NCBI GenBank assembly: GCA_963833985.1
Contig: CAWIAD010000002.1
Span: 4,352,001 to 4,416,000 of the forward strand
Reading direction: 5' to 3'
DNA from: an uncultured Planctomycetaceae bacterium
GTDB taxonomy: Bacteria > Planctomycetota > Planctomycetia > Isosphaerales > Isosphaeraceae
DNA: 64,000 bases
In this document: positions 61,207 to 64,000 of the stretch, in pieces
Layout: each line of letters starts with the position of its first letter
How positions within the stretch are numbered: the stretch's first letter is position 1
The notes under the pieces: model-generated
What the model saw: the letters and a program-made list of their open reading frames with translations, nothing else
Database searches by the model: none
What the model was told of the DNA's origin: nothing
Translations under genes and position numbers: made by a program

Positions 61207-64000
61207 TCACCAGCGAAAGAAGCGGTAGGGGTCGTCCCACTCTGCCGGCTCGTCCAGGTACAGGCCTTGCCGCCAGCGCGGCTGCGGCTCGCTGGCCGAC
61301 ACCGGCCGATCAAATCGGCCCAGAATCGGCGCGCGTGCGCCGGCACCCAGATTGGCCAGCAGGCGCGAGACCATGAATGAGGCGCGGCGGTGCGTCTTCT
61401 TCAGGTTCGGCTTCGTATCGTCCGCGAACAGCCACGGCGCCATCTGGCAAAAGACCAGGTCGCGGCCGCTGGCAGCCGCCAGCACGCCGTCGCCCTGAAT
61501 CGCCGCTCCGGACGTCAGCAGCGGCAGACTGCGCGGGTCGCGATTGTGCACATCGGCGGAGCCGACGCCCGCGAGCAATGAGTGCACGGAGAACGGTTCG
61601 AAGCAGGCGGCAATGTGCTCCGCGTTGCGCGTCTCGATCCTGAACGGCAAGAACCGGTTCGCTTCGCCGGCCTCCAGCCCGAGCGCAAGGATGCGTCCTC
61701 CATCTTCCACCCAGCGCGCCACCTCCGACGCACGGGCCTCAAGCGGCTTCCCACCTCCCGGTCCGACCACGAGGACGGCACCGGGCGTCAGCTCAACGTC
61801 CGCAAGCGGCGTCACGGCGAAGCCGGCAGACTCGAGGTGTGCGCGTCCCGCCGGCTCGCCCGCGTAGAGGATGCTTCGGGCCGCAGCCGGTACCCAGGCC
61901 GAGGCGTAGGCCAGCAGGTTCCCGACCAGCCGTTCGGCCGCCGGCTCCGACTCGGTGCGGCCCGTCACGTCAAGCTGGCAGAAGATCATCAGGTTCTTGC
62001 CTTCGTGATACTCCAGCAGCGGCGCGTATTGCAGGCTGAAGCCGCCGTCCACGATCGGCAGAAAGTCGCCGCGGGCCGGCTTCTCGATCAGGACCGACGC
62101 CACGTTGCCCCGGTTGCCGCAGCGCCAGACGCGGGAGACCGGGATATCACACCAATTCACGGTCGGGCCATGACCCGGCTTCAGCTCGTAAGCCAGTCGC
62201 GGCGCCGTGAGGGTGGCCGCGCCGTGCCAGTCGCGCAGGTGCTCGGCGCCAATCCCCTGGAGCAGGCGATGATCGGGGACCCTGGGGAAGACCTGCCTCA
62301 AGCCATGCTCCACCACACGGAACCCCAGACGCTTCTCCAGGACGTCCCTGCCCTGTTCGAAGACGATCACTTTCAGCCCGCGGCGCGCCCGCTCGAGCCG
62401 TGGCGCAGGGCCGTCCACGGTGAGCGCGTTCTTGCCGACGACCAGCATCTCGAACCGCGACAGGTCGGCGTCCGCCCCGATCGTCCGGTGCTGGACCTTC
62501 ATCGCTCGCAAGAGGGCGGTCGTCTCCCCCTGGGGATCGAAGACCGCGACCGGCGGGCCCGGGATGTCGGCGCCGGCCGGCGCGGGGAGCACGTGAATCG
62601 TCAGGGAATCGCCCTGCGTTGAGCCCGTGCTGAAGCCGACGCTGCGCCGTCAGCTCGTGAGCTCCCGGCGGCATGGATCGCGGGACAATAAGGGCGATGG
62701 GAACCCGCGCCTGGCCGCCGGCCGGCACGTTCACCTCCTGGCTGCTCTGGAAGGTGCCCAGCTTCCACGACGTCGCGCAGGTCACCTCGCGGCGCGTGTT
62801 GTTGATGAGGATGATCTGCTTCTCGACGGTTTCTCCCTGGCGGAAATTGTGGTCCTTGCTGGTGAAGCGGCCGGCCTTGCCGCCGATGAAGGCGAGCAAG
62901 GGCTGGTTGTTCCGCAGCAGTGCTTCCCCGTCCGCCGTGGCGACCCAGTCTGAACGCTCGAACGCGACGTCCATGCGCTCGTGCCGCTCGCCGAGGTAGT
63001 CCGGGCTGTACCCTGGCCGCTGGAGGTTGTCGTAGTCCACGGGCAGTTCCCGCCGCCGCCTGTCGACGCCTGCGCGGAGCCGCCAGAAGTGGCCGTATTC
63101 CCAGGGCGAGGTTGCCGACACGCCCCAGGTCCGGTAGGCCCGCAGGTTTTCTCCCAGGTACATGCCGATCACCGTATGCCGGTCATCAAACTTCGGCGAT
63201 CCCATCTCGTTCGGATAATCCCAGCGCTGCCAGAGACGGCCCGCTCGAATCTGCCGGGCCTCCCAGCGCAGGTTGGCCTTCTCCAGATCGCTGATCTGAA
63301 AGGCCCGGTCGCCCAGGAACTGCGCGTTCCACTCGGCCATGCACAGCTCCCACGGCACGCGGGCACTGCCGAAGGTGCGTTTGCCCAGGTACCAGCCGCG
63401 GTACATGGCCCAGTCCCAGGTGAACGGTGCTCCGTACTCGCAGAGGAACACGGGTTTCGTCCCCTCCTGCGACCAGTGCTCGAACCAGTCGGACAGCTCC
63501 TGGATGGGGGCAAAGTTCGGGTAGAAGTTGATGGAATGCATCGCGCCGAGGTTGCCCGACGCGTGGTGGTAGACGATCCGGCCCGGATCGATGCATCGGA
63601 TGACGGCCTCGGCCCGCAGGGCCAGCCGTGTGTTGTTCCGCGCCCAGGTGTCGCGGCGGTCGTGCACGCCGTCGATCAGGTCGGGGTTCATGTCCTCATC
63701 GTAGCCGGTGGCGTTGTGGCTGGTGCTGTAGAAGACCACCGAGGGATGGCTGCCGGCCACCCCGGCATCGTATGCGGCATGGCGGGCATAGCCGTTATCG
63801 CGCTCGGCGTCGGGCGACTTCCAGTCGTAATGACTGAAATGCGGCTGGGTGAGCGCCACCAGCATGCCCACGTCGTCGGCCGCCCTGAGGATCTCGCCGT
63901 AGCTCAGGTGCGAGCCCGGATCGCAATCATAGTTGTGCGTGTACACAAAGTTGATACCCAGGCTCTTGAGCCGCTGGAGCGTCTCGCGCGGCCTCATAGG
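61207..64000 (-). CDS. Large GH-A-clan (GH2-like) glycoside hydrolase, 5' partial, frameshift near 62645
   Basis: LKSLGINFV, ADDVGMLV, HPSVVFYS..HN, KPVFLCEYG; continues into ORF 61207-62592. Confidence 0.65.

Overview
GC-rich bacterial DNA, most likely a planctomycete (Isosphaeraceae-like, inferred from an LEPR-type N-terminal motif, an ISAzo13-type remnant and gene content). About 14 small indels break otherwise intact genes, which points to long-read assembly error. Left to right: a TlpA redoxin; a kaiB-kaiC-hybrid kinase operon with a canonical Ser-Thr KaiC and no kaiA; housekeeping and enzyme genes; a second KaiC-like ATPase (SY type) with its own hybrid kinase; an 11 kb co-oriented operon that joins a chemosensory core (CheW, sensor-less MCP, CheA-REC, REC-PATAN regulator; no CheR/CheB/CheY) to two coiled-coil proteins, a non-catalytic FGE/SUMF1 protein, a Zn-ribbon TRAFAC GTPase and a GAP1-N2-like protein, which is the best candidate for an undescribed system; an ABC-2 transporter; sugar genes (two Gfo/Idh/MocA, galM, two SSS symporters each with a small membrane partner); orphan TorD and acyl-CoA dehydrogenase genes; an RCK channel with a degenerate filter; GH97; a small islet (Phd-VapC TA, MscS, csbD pseudogene, IS remnant) bracketed by degenerate direct repeats; and secreted glycan-active and S53 protease genes. 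A 106 bp MITE-like element occurs twice, once between antitoxin and toxin. No rRNA, tRNA or CRISPR array was seen. All family calls are by motif recognition only; no searches were run.
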